This document shows, piece by piece, positions 1 through 12,736 of a DNA stretch of 38,081 nucleotides. Location: assembly GCF_006345805.1 (NCBI RefSeq), contig NW_021835816.1:1-38081 (forward strand). Direction: 5' to 3'. This DNA is from Octopus sinensis. Taxonomy: Eukaryota. The notes under the pieces are model-generated. The model was given only the letters and a program-made list of their open reading frames with translations, made no database searches and was not told where the DNA came from. A program made the position numbers and the translations under genes. Position 1 is the first letter of the stretch. Each line of letters begins with the position of its first letter.

Positions 1-198
1 ATTATTACTCTATTGAGTATATTATTTCCCCAAGTTGGACAGGTAATGATTTATTGGATGAGAAAGGCATTTGTGGTGGGCAAGTAAAGTGTTCATATTC
101 CCCTTGTTTAGTTATTTAGTTCCTGGTTGGAATTAGGAAAATTACTGAGAGTTTGACTTACAAGTGACAAAGCATCTCTGAAAGGAAATAAATATACA

Positions 199-538
199 GG
201 CGCAGGAGTGGCTGTGTGGTAAGTAGCTTGCTTACCAACCACATGGTTCCGGGTTCAGTCCCACTGCGTCACCTTGGGCAAGTGTCTTTCTACTATAGCC
301 TCGGGCCGACCAAAGCCTTGGAGTGGATTGGTCAACGGAACTGAAAGAACCTGTCGTATATATGTATATATATGTATGTATGTGTGTGTGTATATGTTTG
401 TGTGTCTGTGTTTGTCCCCCTAGCATTGCTTGACAATCGATGCTGGTGTGTTTATGTCCTCGTTACTTAGCAGTTCTGCAAAAGAGACAGATAGGGCCAC
501 AATCAAATGACTGAAACAAGTAAAAGAGAGAAAAAGAG
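199..538 (+). mobile_element. tRNA-derived SINE, family A, with a deletion in the 3' half
   Basis: Head GGCGCAGGAGTGGCTGTGTGGTAAG...GGTTCAGTCCC (A/B-box-like), internal (TA)n(TG)n, tail AATGACTGAAACAAGTAAAAGAG; matches many other copies in the window. Confidence 0.9.
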
Positions 539-589
539 TATTCACTAGGTGATGCAAAATCTTTAAAGAAATATCGAAACATAAACCTC

Positions 590-830
590 TTTGGCTGTCC
601 AAACTCCAGAAGATTCTGTCACACTTCAAAATGAGCGAAACCTTATTTGTCAATGGGTAAATAGCAACAACATGAAACTCAATATATCAAAATTTCAGGT
701 TCTCCATGACAGAAGTAATACATACAATATACCGTTTTTGAAATTACAAGCAAAAAGCCTCCATTGCATCAGTCTGATGTGACATTTAGAGGTCCTCAAT
801 TGTTCAACTCTCTCTACCAGTCTGATATTT
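590..830 (+). pseudogene. Degenerate CR1/L2-like LINE reverse transcriptase C-terminal relic
   Basis: DSVTLQNERNLICQWVNSNNMKLNISKFQVL resembles the post-YxDD LQxDL..W...N.M.LN.SK motif; downstream GGTCCTCAATTGTTCAACTCTCT reads GPQLFNSL, typical of the ORF2 end. Confidence 0.55.
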
Positions 831-1239
831 AGAGGTCTTCTATTGTACAAGGGAGTATCAAAAGGTACACATTCTAGTTCTGTAGCATGCCAACAGATGG
901 CAGCACATGGTTGCAGGCACAGTGGTAGCTAGTAGTGACTTTCATATAAACACATACACACATATGTCATATACAAAAGCAATATAAAATTCAATTACAG
1001 GCAAGCATATATATTCACACATATATGAAACCACATGCATATATACACACACACAATAACTCACATTTTTTGGAAAGCAAATCACTTCTAGAATTGTCTT
1101 GAAACACAAACAAAAACATAGACAGTACAGAAGAATAAAAGTAGATGGTAAAAATTGAAGATTTGTCTCTTTCTTAGCAACGAGCTTCTGTGAAGAAACT
1201 TAGATAAATTTCAAAGACATAACTGAATAAACACACATA

Positions 1240-1374
1240 TACATAAATACACATGCACAAACACATATAATATATATACATATATAAATATAAACATATA
1301 TATATGTATGATAGATATATATATATAAACATATATAGATGTATTATATATATATATAAACATATATATGTATT

Positions 1375-1405
<31 letters not shown>

Positions 1406-1500
1406 CCTATGTATATGTTTGTACTTGTATATATGAATGCTTGCTATAAAAATATACATGTGTATGTGTGTGTGCATGCACACTTGTGTGTGTGTCCATG
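1240..1500. repeat. (CA)/(TA)/(TG) compound microsatellite
   Basis: Directly visible dinucleotide runs. Confidence 0.9.
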
Positions 1501-1709
1501 TGTATGTTAGTGTGTACTTGTATGTGTCTATATAGGCGAGGTTGTGAGTTGACAGGATAAGTTGGGCATGCCCATATGTATGTGTGTGTGTGTTATATAT
1601 ATATATATTATATATATAATAAAATATTAGGGAATAAATCCAAACTTACAGGGAAAAATCAGATTTAGGATTGAATCCAATTTTATAGTAAAATATTATA
1701 TTAAATTTA

Positions 1710-1751
<42 letters not shown>

Positions 1752-1904
1752 AGTGCATGTGTGTGTATATACATGCATACACGTACATACACACCTTAGA
1801 AACCCCATAAAACATTGTTTTATGTTTATTCTAACTTGTAAAGGTTTATATTTTTTATTATTTAACATTTTTATGCTTCAAGTTCTATACATGACCGTTT
1901 AATC

Positions 1905-2550
1905 ATGCCAGGCAGAAAAAATGCCTTGGAACTGTCTGAATTTCAAAGAGGCTGAAATGTGGGTCATTCTGAAGGTATAAAACTGCAGGGATTCTGCTTT
2001 CTACAGTTAACAGAATGATTGTGCAATTCACCACAGAGAGAGGAAGGGGTCCACATCACCTCACCCATATCAAACAGGACCTTTCCCTTGGTTTAGAGAA
2101 GTGTGGAGGATAATCCTCAAGTTGATGTCAGTCCCAGAATAGCTGTCAGATATTTGTTTCTTTATTACCCACAAGGGGCCAAACACAGAGGGGACAAACA
2201 AGGACGGACAAATGGATTAAGTCGATTACATCGACCCCCAGCGCGTAACTGGTACTTAATTTATCGACCCCGAAAGGATGAAAGGCAAAGTCTACCTCGG
2301 CAGAACTTGAACTCAGAACGCAACGGCAGACAAAATACAGCTACGCATTTCACCCGGCATGCTAACGGTTCTGCCAGCTCGCCGCCTTAAATAGCTGTCA
2401 GATATCTCCACAAACTTGGTTACTATGGCAGAGCAGCAAGAAGGAAGCCACTTCTTCAACCAGCCAACATCAAGCACAGAAAAGATTGGGCCAGTAAGAT
2501 GATGGAGAGGCCACTAGCATTTTGGGACACTGTCATATTCTCTGATCTGT
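1905..2550 (+). pseudogene. Tc1-like transposase relic (N-terminal half), interrupted by a SINE
   Basis: MPGRKNALELSEFQRG at 1905. After removing the SINE and one TSD the frame reads VSPRIAVRYLHKLGYYGRAARRKPLL...KDWASKMMERPLAFWDTVIFSD, i.e. the GRxARRKP linker and the first catalytic D motif (VIFSD). Confidence 0.8.
2154..2389 (-). mobile_element. tRNA-derived SINE, family B, with 16-bp TSD
   Basis: Minus strand AGGCGGCGAGCTGGCAGAA...GAGTTCAAG...GGGTAATAAAGAAA; AATAGCTGTCAGATAT at 2138-2153 and 2390-2405. Confidence 0.92.
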
Positions 2551-2717
2551 CCCCAGCCTGACCGCAGCTTTAGAGTTGAGACAAGTTGAAGAGTTAAAGA
2601 GTTATATATAAACATGTGTCTGTGTGTCTGTATTTGTCCCTACCACCACTTGATAACCATGTTGGTGAGTTTACATCCTTGTAACTTGGCTTTTCGGCAA
2701 AACAGATTGCTAGAGAA

Positions 2718-3067
2718 AGTAAAGGGTGAAGACCCCTTTCAGTCATGAACGGCCATGGGATTGCACCTAGAAAGTTTCCCTCCAAGGAACAAGTCCAGGT
2801 AAATTTGTTTATGGAAGACCAAGAGTCGCCAATGCATACCAATCTCTTCTCTCCATGCCACCAATGTTATCCGAGGGATAAGGCGAAGGGGCCGATACAG
2901 CTTGGCACCAGTGATGTCGCAACTCATTTCTACAGATGAGTGAACTGGAGCAACATGAAATAAAGTGTCTTGCTCAAGAACACAAGATACAGACCAGTCC
3001 AGGAATCAAACTCACAGCCTCATGGTTGTGAGCCGAATGCTCTGACCACTGAGCCATGTGCCTTCAC
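2718..3067 (-). mobile_element. tRNA-derived SINE, family D, nested in an older family A-like SINE 3' half (about 2585-3195)
   Basis: Minus head GTGAAGGCACATGGCTCAGTGGTCAGAGC...GAGTTTGATTCC; the flanks resume a family A-like 3' half ending AATGACTGAAACAAGTAAAAGATAAAAG. Confidence 0.75.
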
Positions 3068-3285
3068 AAAGAAAGTTCCAGGTGTAAAAAAAAATAAGTA
3101 CTGGAGTTGATTAATTTGACTAAAAATTCTTCAAGGTAATGCCCCAGCATGGCCACATTCTAATGACTGAAACAAGTAAAAGATAAAAGATATAAAAAAA
3201 TACAGTAAGATATTTTTTATGGTAATCGAATGGCTTTGAAGCTCCAACAGAGTGAAGAATGAATCAAAGGGATTCACAGGTGTGA

Positions 3286-3456
3286 GGCGCAGGAGTGGCT
3301 GTGTGGTAAGTAGGTTGCTTACCAACCACATGGTTCCGGGTTCAGTCCCACTGCATGGCATCTTGGGCAAGTGTCTTCTACTATAGCCCCGGGCCGACCA
3401 ATGCCTTGTGAGTGGATTTGGTAGACGGAAACTGAAAGAAGCCTGTCGTATATATG

Positions 3457-3493
<37 letters not shown>

Positions 3494-3703
3494 TTGTCCC
3501 CCTAGCATTGCTTGACAACCGATGCTGGTGTGTTTACGTCCCCGTCACTTAGCGGTTTGGCAAAAGAGACCAATAGAATAAGTACTGGGCTTACAAAGAA
3601 TAAGTCCCGGGGTCGATTTGCTCGACTAAAAGGCGGTGCTCCAGCATGGCCGCAATCAAATGACTGAAACAAGTAAAAGAGTAAAAGAGTAAAAGAGAGT
3701 AAA
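3286..3703 (+). mobile_element. SINE family A, full length
   Basis: Complete head, internal microsatellite and (GTAAAAGA)n tail. Confidence 0.92.
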
Positions 3704-4254
3704 GGTAAAAAAATAATGTCTGAGAACCAATTATTTAGATCAGTTTTATGCAGGAATTTTCTGTCATAGACCCAAGGACAATCTCAGGTAGGTCAGCATG
3801 AAAATGGTTAAAACCTGAAAGCAGCTCTTTAACTATGCAGCTTGACTGCCTCCTTCCATTTGTCTGCAAGAGTTCTTCACTGTAAGTAAATCATTGAGAA
3901 TTCTACATAATTTTCTGATGTAATTTACAGATATGGCAGCAACCATTTTCCACTTCATGCTTTGGCACCAATCTAAAACTATTCAATAAACAAATCAATA
4001 AAAAGCCTCATCACTTTCTAAGTAGGTTTATTGTAGACAAAGATAGCAATCTTTGGTCTAGTGAACTTCTGATAAACTGCATCAATCTTGCAGTAAATAC
4101 TCACCACTAATACCATTACGGTATTCCAAAGATGGTAAATAAATAAATAAATAAATAAATATATATATATGAATAAATGAATAAATGAAAAAATTGGAAT
4201 GATAAAATGTTTTAGTGAAATGTTAAATAAAACACAACCATTCCGGTAATATTA

Positions 4255-4850
4255 ATATGACACCACCACAACCACCACCACCACCACCACCACCATCACC
4301 ACCACCACTTCCAGTACTACCACCCATGGTAGCACCAATATTACCGATATTTCAGCGTCGGCAAGACAGACGGTTGCATCGTAAAAACATTGTCACAGAC
4401 AACGTAGATATAATATAACGGTAATGTTGTTACAATGTTGTACACCTGTACTAACACTAGTGTATTAATACGAAACTACCACTACTACACTTCGGCCAAG
4501 ACCATCATTACACTGTCACAAACACTGTGACTACACTACCACCGAAATTATGACAACATTGCTACCAACACCAATACTGTGTTGTCAGCAACATCACTAT
4601 TAGTACATTGTTATCAACAAAACTAATTCTACACTACACTACTACTATCAAGACACTAATACCACACTGCCAACACTAGTTCTACACTGCTGCCACTAAC
4701 ATGACTACTACACTGCCACCCACACCATAACAACACTGTCACCAACACTTGTTCTACATTCCAGCCAAGACCAGTACTACACTGCTACAAATGCCATGAC
4801 TTCTTTGTAACCAGAAACATCAACACTACACTACCACTACCAACACTACC
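4255..4850. repeat. Cryptic ACC/ACT-rich low-complexity repeat
   Basis: (CAC)n run and recurring ACTACACT/CCAACAC motifs. Confidence 0.7.
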
Positions 4851-5267
4851 TATTTCTTTACTATCCACAAGGGGCTAAACACAGAAAGGACAAACAAGGA
4901 CAGACAAAGGGATTAAGTCGATTACATCGACCCCAGTGCGTAACTGGTACTTAATTTATCGACCCCGAAAGGATGAAAGGCAAAGTCGACCTCGACGCAA
5001 TTTGAACTCAAAACGTGGCGGCAGACGAAATACCTTTTTCTTTACTACCCACAAGGGGCTAAACGCAGAGGGGACAAACAAGGACAGACAAACGGATTAA
5101 GTCGATTACATCGACCCCAGTGCGTAACTGGTACTTAATTTATCGACCCCGAAAGGATGAAAGGCAAAGTCGACCTCGACGGAATTTGAACTCAGAACGT
5201 AACGGCAGACGAAATACAGCTACGCATTTCGCCCAGCATGCTAACGTTTCTACCAGCTCGCCGCCTA
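4851..5267 (-). mobile_element. Two SINE family B copies in tandem (one lacking its head, one complete)
   Basis: TTTCTTTACTA(T/C)CCACAAGGGGCTAAAC occurs at about 4853 and 5037; only the second copy ends in GCTCGCCGCC. Confidence 0.88.
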
Positions 5268-5360
5268 CCACTACACTGCTGCCAACTACACTGTGGCTTC
5301 ACTGCAACCATCATCACCAATATTACACTGCTGTTAATACCAATATTATTACACTGCCAC

Positions 5361-5724
5361 AAGGCAGCGAGCTGGCAGAACCATTAGCATGCTGGATGAA
5401 ATGCTCAGTGGTATTTCGCCCATCACCACATTCTGAGTTCAAATCCTGCCAAGGTTAACTTTGCCTTTCATCCTTTCAGGGTCGATCAAATAAGTACCAG
5501 TAATGCACTGCGGTTAATGTAAGTGACATAATCCCTTCCCCAAAATTTGAGGCCATGTGCTACCAGTAGAAAGGATTATTATTATTATTATTATTATCAT
5601 TATTATTATTATTATTATTATTATTAAATTGTCATTATTATTATTACTATTGTTGTTATTATTATTACATTGTCATTATTATTATTACTATTGTTGTTAT
5701 TATTATTATTATTATTGTTATTAC

Positions 5725-5756
<32 letters not shown>

Positions 5757-5780
5757 TGTCATTATTATTATTATTATTGA
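5361..5780 (+). mobile_element. SINE family B-prime (B head and core, alternative 3' end) with expanded (ATT)n tail
   Basis: AAGGCAGCGAGCTGGCAGAA...TTTGCCTTTCATCC...GTAGAAAGG followed by about 200 bp of (ATT)n. Confidence 0.8.
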
Positions 5781-5959
5781 AAAGGTTGCAACACGCAACG
5801 AAAATTTTAGAAAATAAAAATAAGAAATAAGTGGAAATTTTATTGGTGAGTGTGTTAAATAATAAGGCACTAAAAGAGAATGACTCTCCCCAGACACAAC
5901 AGAATATGCTTCAACACACGAACTCACATAAAGAATCTTGCAAACCAAATCCCAAAACG

Positions 5960-5996
<37 letters not shown>

Positions 5997-6000
<4 letters not shown>

Positions 6001-6200
6001 TAATCCAAACATGAAAACACAAAGAGAAAACACAACACGAGGACATGGAACAAATATAGTATTATTGGATGCTCAGGAAGGAAGGGAAGAAGGAGGGTTT
6101 AACCTTTCGAGCGGAGCTCTTCGTCAGAAACATAAGAAAAGGAAAGATCCAGAGAAGGGAAGACGGAGGAAAAAAATCGCCAACGGTACACACACGGTCA
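5997..6200 (-). mobile_element. Penelope-like pseudo-LTR fragment with minimal hammerhead motif (6097-6131)
   Basis: Minus GTTT CTGACGA A GAGC TCC GCTC GAAA GGTT AAAC; the element ends at a (TA)n tract. Confidence 0.65.
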
Positions 6201-6546
6201 CATTTTATACTGTTCCATGGAGGTAAGATCAACCAAAAAGTACTCCATCTGATGAAAGATAAATATTTTTTTATGAAAAAAAATATATTTTTATGATCTA
6301 CTAATAGTTTCATGCAATAAAATGATACAGTATTTTTATAACAGGTCTGGTAACTTCATGCAATCTTCAGGCTATGCTTTTCAATATATAGAAGCTCAAA
6401 CAGGATGATAGAATAAGGGAAAATGCTTACTTCCTAGCTTATAGCTGTCCGTCAATGTTGATGACAAAGTTGTCCTCTAGGAGTCTTATCCTACAGTTTG
6501 TGAATTGACAGATGTGAAAACAGCCTGTTCCTGGAATGACATGTCC

Positions 6547-6776
6547 TTAACCCTTTCGTTACCACATTTATTTTGAGATGCTCTGTGTTTCTTTCAATTA
6601 ATTTTAAATATAACAAAGAATTTAGCAAAATAACTTAGTTATCATTCAGCTAGTGTTAGGAACATAAATTGTGACTAAGGTTTGGTGGAAGATTTTAATT
6701 CAAAACTTATGAAAACAAGACATTTGTACAATAGAGCCAGAGCTGGTTTCAGCCGGGTTGGTATTAAAAGGGCTAA
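6547..6776. mobile_element. piggyBac-like MITE, copy 1
   Basis: TTAA-CCCTTTCGTTACCA...TGGTATTAAAAGGG-CTAA; inverted termini after a TTAA site. Confidence 0.7.
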
Positions 6777-6799
6777 GAATTGTTTCTCTATTATATATT

Positions 6800-7028
6800 T
6801 TAACCCTTTTGTTACCATATTTTTGTTGAGATGCTCTGTATTTCTTTCAATTACTTTAAATATATCAAAGAATTTAGTAAAATAACTTAGTTATCATTAA
6901 GCTAGTATTAATAACATAAATTGTGACTAAGGTTTGGTGGAAGATTTTAATTCAAAACTTATGGAAACAAGACATTTGTACTACAGAGCCAGAGGCGGTT
7001 TTGGCCGGGTTGGTATCAAAAGGGTTAA
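6800..7028. mobile_element. piggyBac-like MITE, copy 2
   Basis: TTAA-CCCTTTTGTTACCA...TGGTATCAAAAGGG-TTAA; same internal sequence as copy 1. Confidence 0.75.
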
Positions 7029-7543
7029 ACATAGATGACAAGGGAAGTTGCCCATTATGCTTTTGGTGAGTCTAAGATGGCATTGGTATCTTTCTTCAAG
7101 ATTCCAGAGAAAATATGAGAAAAGGAAAGGACGAAGAAAGCAGGTGTAAAAGATAGATAGGTAAAAACACCTGAAAGGAAAGAAAAAAAGGAAAAGAAAA
7201 AATTGGGGTGAATTATAGTTTTGACCCCTTTGACATTCAAAGGGGAAATAACTCCAATTCCTTTACTTTTTTTTTTGTTTCTTTTTCTCCTTTCACTTTC
7301 GTTTTCTGGTGTTTTCCCACCTTTTACGTCTACATTCTTGAATTTTCTCATATATTCTCTAATTCTGTCATATGCCAGGTGAGAACAGACTAAAATTGCA
7401 TCAAGGCACCAAACATGTTATGAAGTGCTGTCTTTGTCATTTTATTGATCATAAAATATATACTGAGTTCATTAAACAATATATATATATATATATATAC
7501 TTACTTACAAACCGAGCAAAAGGTGTACATATGCCACTATATA

Positions 7544-7945
7544 CTCTTTTGCTCTTTTACTTGTTTCAGTCCTTTGACTGCGGCCATGCTGGAACACAAC
7601 CTTTAGTCGAGCAAATCGACCCCGGGACTTATTCTTTGTAAGCCCAGTACTTATTCTATCGGACCCTTTTGCCGAACCGCTAGGTGACGGGGACATAAAC
7701 ACACCAGCATCGGTTGTCAAGCGATGCTAGGGGGACAAACACAGACACACACATACATACATATATATATACACACATATACGACAGGCTTCTTACAGTT
7801 TCCATCTACCAAATCCACTCACAAGGCATTGGTCGACCCGAGGCTATAGCAGAAAACTCTTGCCCAAGATGCCACGCAGTGGGACTGGACCCGGAACCAT
7901 GTGGTTGGTAAGCAAGCTACTTACCACACAGCCACTCCTGTGCCT
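7544..7945 (-). mobile_element. SINE family A (left palindrome arm)
   Basis: Reverse complement of the family A consensus. Confidence 0.92.
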
Positions 7946-8254
7946 ATATGTATATATAAATCCAAAACACAAAACAAGAATGTAATGGACGATAATGAAA
8001 ACATACAGACAGATGGAGGTTACAAAGATGGATTGGAAAACCAGGACGAGACATTCATGGCTTTCTCTTCATCAGTCAAGCTTCCAATCTTCATTACAGT
8101 TTCGGCCTGTTACACTTGAGACTGTTCAAAATATAAAGCCACAAATGTTCTGTCCTGATTTTCCTGTCCATCTTTGTATCATCCATCTGTCCATATGTTT
8201 TCATTGTCATCCGTTACATTCTTGTTCTGTTTTTTAGATTTATATATACATACA

Positions 8255-8657
8255 GGCACAGGAGTGGCTGTGTGGTAAATAGCTTGCTTACCAACCAAAT
8301 GGTTCCAGGTTCAGTCCCACTGCGTGGCATCTTGGGCAAGTGTCTTCTGCTATAGCCTCGGGCCGACCAATGCCTTGTGAGTGGATTTGGTATACGGAAA
8401 CTGAAAGAAGCCTGTCGTATATATGTATGTGTGTGTATGTTTGTGTGTCTGTGTTTGTACCCCTAGCATTGCTTGACAGCTGATGCTGGTGTGTTTACAT
8501 CCCCGTCACTTAGCGGTTCGGCAAAAGAGACCGATAGAATAAGTACTGGGCTTACAAAGAATAAGTCCCGGGGTCGATTTGCTTGACTAAAGGCGGTGCT
8601 CCAGCATGGCCGCAGTCGAATGACTGAAACAAGTAAAAGAGTAAAGAGTAAAAGAGT
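8255..8657 (+). mobile_element. SINE family A (right palindrome arm)
   Basis: Family A consensus. Confidence 0.92.
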
Positions 8658-9248
8658 ATATAGCAGCGTACATACACCTTTTGCACAGCTTGTAAGTAAG
8701 TATATATCTAAATCCTGTACAACTTTCTTCTTTCTATTTTTTCTTGCTCCCCCTCTCTCACATTTCTTGGCATTCGCTTTCTTTAATATCTCTACTTTAC
8801 TCTGTTATCTCCCTTGTATCAATCCATCTGTCTCGTCTCCCCTCTCTCTCTAGTCTCTTCCCTAATTCTTCAATCGCTCTGCTCCTTACCTCTCTCTGTT
8901 CTTCCCATGTGACCAGTGCTCGGCCAAGCACGACCTTTCTTTCTTGGCCTGACCACCGTGCCCACAACACCTTATTTTCTTGTCTCCTGACTTCCATTTA
9001 TGCTTGTATCCACATAGCAAAGACATGCCACGATACAGGTAAAGAAATTTGAGAAATTTGAAAAGAAATTACGAAACCAGTTATTCCTCCAAAAACTATG
9101 TTACTATACACAAAATTTTATAACATTTTTTTAACATAATTTAAATATATTCTTTAACCATATAACACAAGCCTTCTGTATTTTTTCACACTTTTTTTGT
9201 TTTTTATATATCCAAACACGTGCTTTCACACACACCAACTCTCTCACC

Positions 9249-9268
9249 TATATATATATATATATATG

Positions 9269-9337
<69 letters not shown>

Positions 9338-9487
9338 TACATATAGATATATAGATAGATAGATATATATATATACATATACATCTATATATATACATAT
9401 ATAGATATATATATATACATATACATCTATATATATACATATATTATATATATACATGCATATATACATATATATATACATGCATAT

Positions 9488-9538
<51 letters not shown>

Positions 9539-9692
9539 GCATATAAATCTCTCTCTGTATATATACCTGTATATATATTCAGATACACATATACATCTAT
9601 ACATATACATAGCTATATATTTAAATACATATGTGCAGATGTATATACACACACATATACATACATACATACATATATATATATATTATATA
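9249..9692. repeat. Long (TA)n/(TACA)n microsatellite
   Basis: Directly visible. Confidence 0.95.
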
Positions 9693-10452
9693 TAGTCTGC
9701 ACGTATATATGTGAGATAATAGTTTTACTTTTAATACTTTCAGTATTAATAGTGAAACTATTAAAACTGAAAGTATTATCTTACATTACAATAGGGATGC
9801 TATTGTTTCACTTTTGTCACGTGATACTGAAATAGTGTAAGAGATTAGAGATTGTTCCAGCCTCGCATTATGCAAGAAGTTGAAAATTTCTTGGGCTTAT
9901 GTCACTGCATGGACCCTAGGTAAGGAATGTGTAAAATTTGAATCAAATCGTTTGGGTAGTTGTAGTGATGTACACATGCAAACACACACACACATCCCTT
10001 ATTCCACTCACCAAATAGCTGGTTTAGGGGAGATAACCTGACCTCACTAGCACTGGGCATTTTATTTACTGATGACCAATTGACCAATAGCCATAACAGC
10101 TTTCCACTTCCCAGAGGTGAAGAGTTAAGTTTGTCTTCGGACTAGAGTTTGATTAGTCATCCATGAATCTACAGCCTTCATGGATATGAAACCATTGGTC
10201 ACTCTATGACCAGACATTAACTTTATCACTGTAAGATGTGTGTGTGTGCATATGTATATATATATGTGTCTGTATAGATATTTTATATATATACATACAG
10301 ATATATATATATTTATATATATATCAAATATAAATTAAAAACAGAACACAAAGGATATCGCGGTACACGTGTTTCAAGCTTTAGAAAAAATTTGTTATTA
10401 CATCAGTGTATTATTGATATAAAAGATGGTTTAAAGATATTTATATATATAC

Positions 10453-10521
<69 letters not shown>

Positions 10522-11089
10522 GATATATATATATTTATAATATACCACACACATATGACAAGCTTCTTTCAGTTTTCATCCACCAAGTCCACTCACAAGG
10601 CTTCGGTTGTCTCAAATCTGTAGTAAAAGACACTTGCTCAAGGTGTCACCACACCGTGGAGCTGAATCAAGAACCATGTGGTTGGGAAGATGTTTAGAGG
10701 TCTATAAATTATGATGAAGGATTTTGATATTTCTCTGTGGTGTTTACTTACATACCTATTTTAGAATAATTACAAGTACTTGGGGGTCAATATGTCCAGC
10801 CAAGACCCTTCAAAGCTGTGCCCCAGAATGGCCACAGTCAAATGATTGATACAAGTGGGAGACGAAAGCTCAAAGCTCAAAGACATAAAAGATTGTGTTG
10901 TCCAGCTTCTTGTAAAACTGCAGGAATTCAATTTATTCCAGACGAGTTGGAGATGGAAAATTTAATTAAATATAAAACAACTGTTTCGTTACATGTCTGT
11001 GGAATCGTGGAATTGTCTTCATCTTCAACACATATTCTAAATTCTTGCCATTTTTGGCTTTTACTGATTTCCATCTGTTAAGTAGCTTT

Positions 11090-12125
11090 TGTTGTTGTTG
11101 TTGGTCAGTGGTGGTGGTGGTGGTGGTGGTGGTGGCTGTGGTGAAGTTGTTTTTTATGGTTGTGGTGGTGGTGGAGTTGTTGCTTTTGGAGGGGGTGGGG
11201 GTTATGGTGGTGGAGGCTGTTGTCATCATCGCTGTCATCATGATGGTAGTAGTGGTGGTAGTAGTGGTTTTTGTTGTTGGTGGTGGTTGTTTTGTTATGG
11301 TAGCAGTGGTACTGGTTATGGTGGTGGAGGTGGTTGTCATCATCGCTGTCATCATGATGGTAGTAGTGGTGGTAGTAGTGGTTGTTGTTGGTGGTGGTGG
11401 TTGTTTTGTTGTGGTTGCAGTGGTAATGGTGGAGTTGTTTTTGGTGGTTGTGGTGGTGGTGGTGGTAAAGCAGTCAACAGTTGACTGTTGTAGTAGTAGT
11501 AGTAATAGTCTAGCAGTGGTAATGGTAGTAGTGGTGATGGTGATGATGTGGGTGATTATAATGATGATGATAATTTTTGGTGGTGGGTGGGCATGGTTGA
11601 TGTGATAGCAATGGTTGTAGTGCTAGTTGTAGCAACAGTGATGATGATGATGACGACAATGATGATGATGATGATGATAACAACATCGATGATTACCACG
11701 ACCATGATGATGAGGACAATGATGATAATGATGATGATGATAATGATGATGATGATGATGATGATGACCATGCTAATTGCAATTATCACTTACATCTTCA
11801 TCATCATCAATATCACTACTATCATCCCCCCCACCACCACCATCATCATCATCATCGTCAATTACCACTGCCATCACCCCACCACCACCACCACCACCAT
11901 CATCATCATCATTGTCATCATCACTATCACCAATACCACTGCCATCACCCCACCACCACCACCACCACCACCATCATCATCATCATTGTCATCATCACTA
12001 TCATCAATACCACTGCCATCACCCCACCACCACCAACACCATCATCATTGTCATCATCACTATCATCAATACCACTGCCATTATCCCACCACCACCAACA
12101 TTATCATCATCATCATCATCTTCAT
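11090..12125. repeat. Compound (GGT)n/(GAT)n then (CAT)n/(CAC)n trinucleotide region with higher-order repeats
   Basis: Directly visible; about 114-bp duplication at about 11200/11314 and about 60-75-bp units at 11861-12125. Confidence 0.9.
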
Positions 12126-12536
12126 TATGAGGACGGCTGTAATGCTAAATAATGACCACACTGTCCTCTATCAGTTCTAATTACTCTTAAACCTCGGACC
12201 ATTCCTGCCTCCGACCAATTCCGTCATCTCCTCGTTCCTTCTCTGAATTCCTGATTTAGAAGATTTCAATTTTTCCAAGAATACTATTTATTTCAGTCTG
12301 AAATGGAATGTGATTCTTATCAAATGGTAACCTGAAAGAATTTGGGAATTGAATTAAATTGAAATACTGTGAAATGGCAAAGTCTTTTATTAGATTATCG
12401 CATAGAACATCTTAGCGTGTTTGCTACGGTGCCTTGTTCTGTGAGTTCTGATCCCAATGAAGCTGCTTTTGCTTTTCAATTCTTTAAGGATATCATGATA
12501 AAAGGAAGTACCAACAATTGGTGCAGGGAATTATTT

Positions 12537-12632
<96 letters not shown>
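12537..12632. repeat. (CT)n microsatellite
   Basis: Directly visible. Confidence 0.97.
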
Positions 12633-12635
<3 letters not shown>

Positions 12636-12736
12636 TTCTATTTAAACATATGTATATATTGAGTTGTCTGTAAATAATAGAATATAGGATCTTTTATTTG
12701 CACAATCAAAACATTTCCAAAAAATTCTGGTGCCTC

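Larger units (their letters stand above)
7493..8707. repeat. About 1.2-kb inverted duplication (arms 7493-8064 and 8135-8707)
   Basis: Arms align through the unique outer flank, the SINE and the inner non-SINE segment. Confidence 0.85.

Noticed and set aside
8065-8110. Minus-strand GAAAC...GTA...CTGATGA as a type II hammerhead
   Set aside because: Stems I and II do not pair next to the core
10361-10410. Minus CTGATGT...GAAACACGTGTA hammerhead-like motif
   Set aside because: Core A9 is mutated and no stem I or II pairing; at most a dead PLE relic
12193-12331. Apparent minus-strand exon with a strong acceptor (TTCTTTCAG)
   Set aside because: All three frames contain stops when read carefully, and the donor (GTTTAA) is weak
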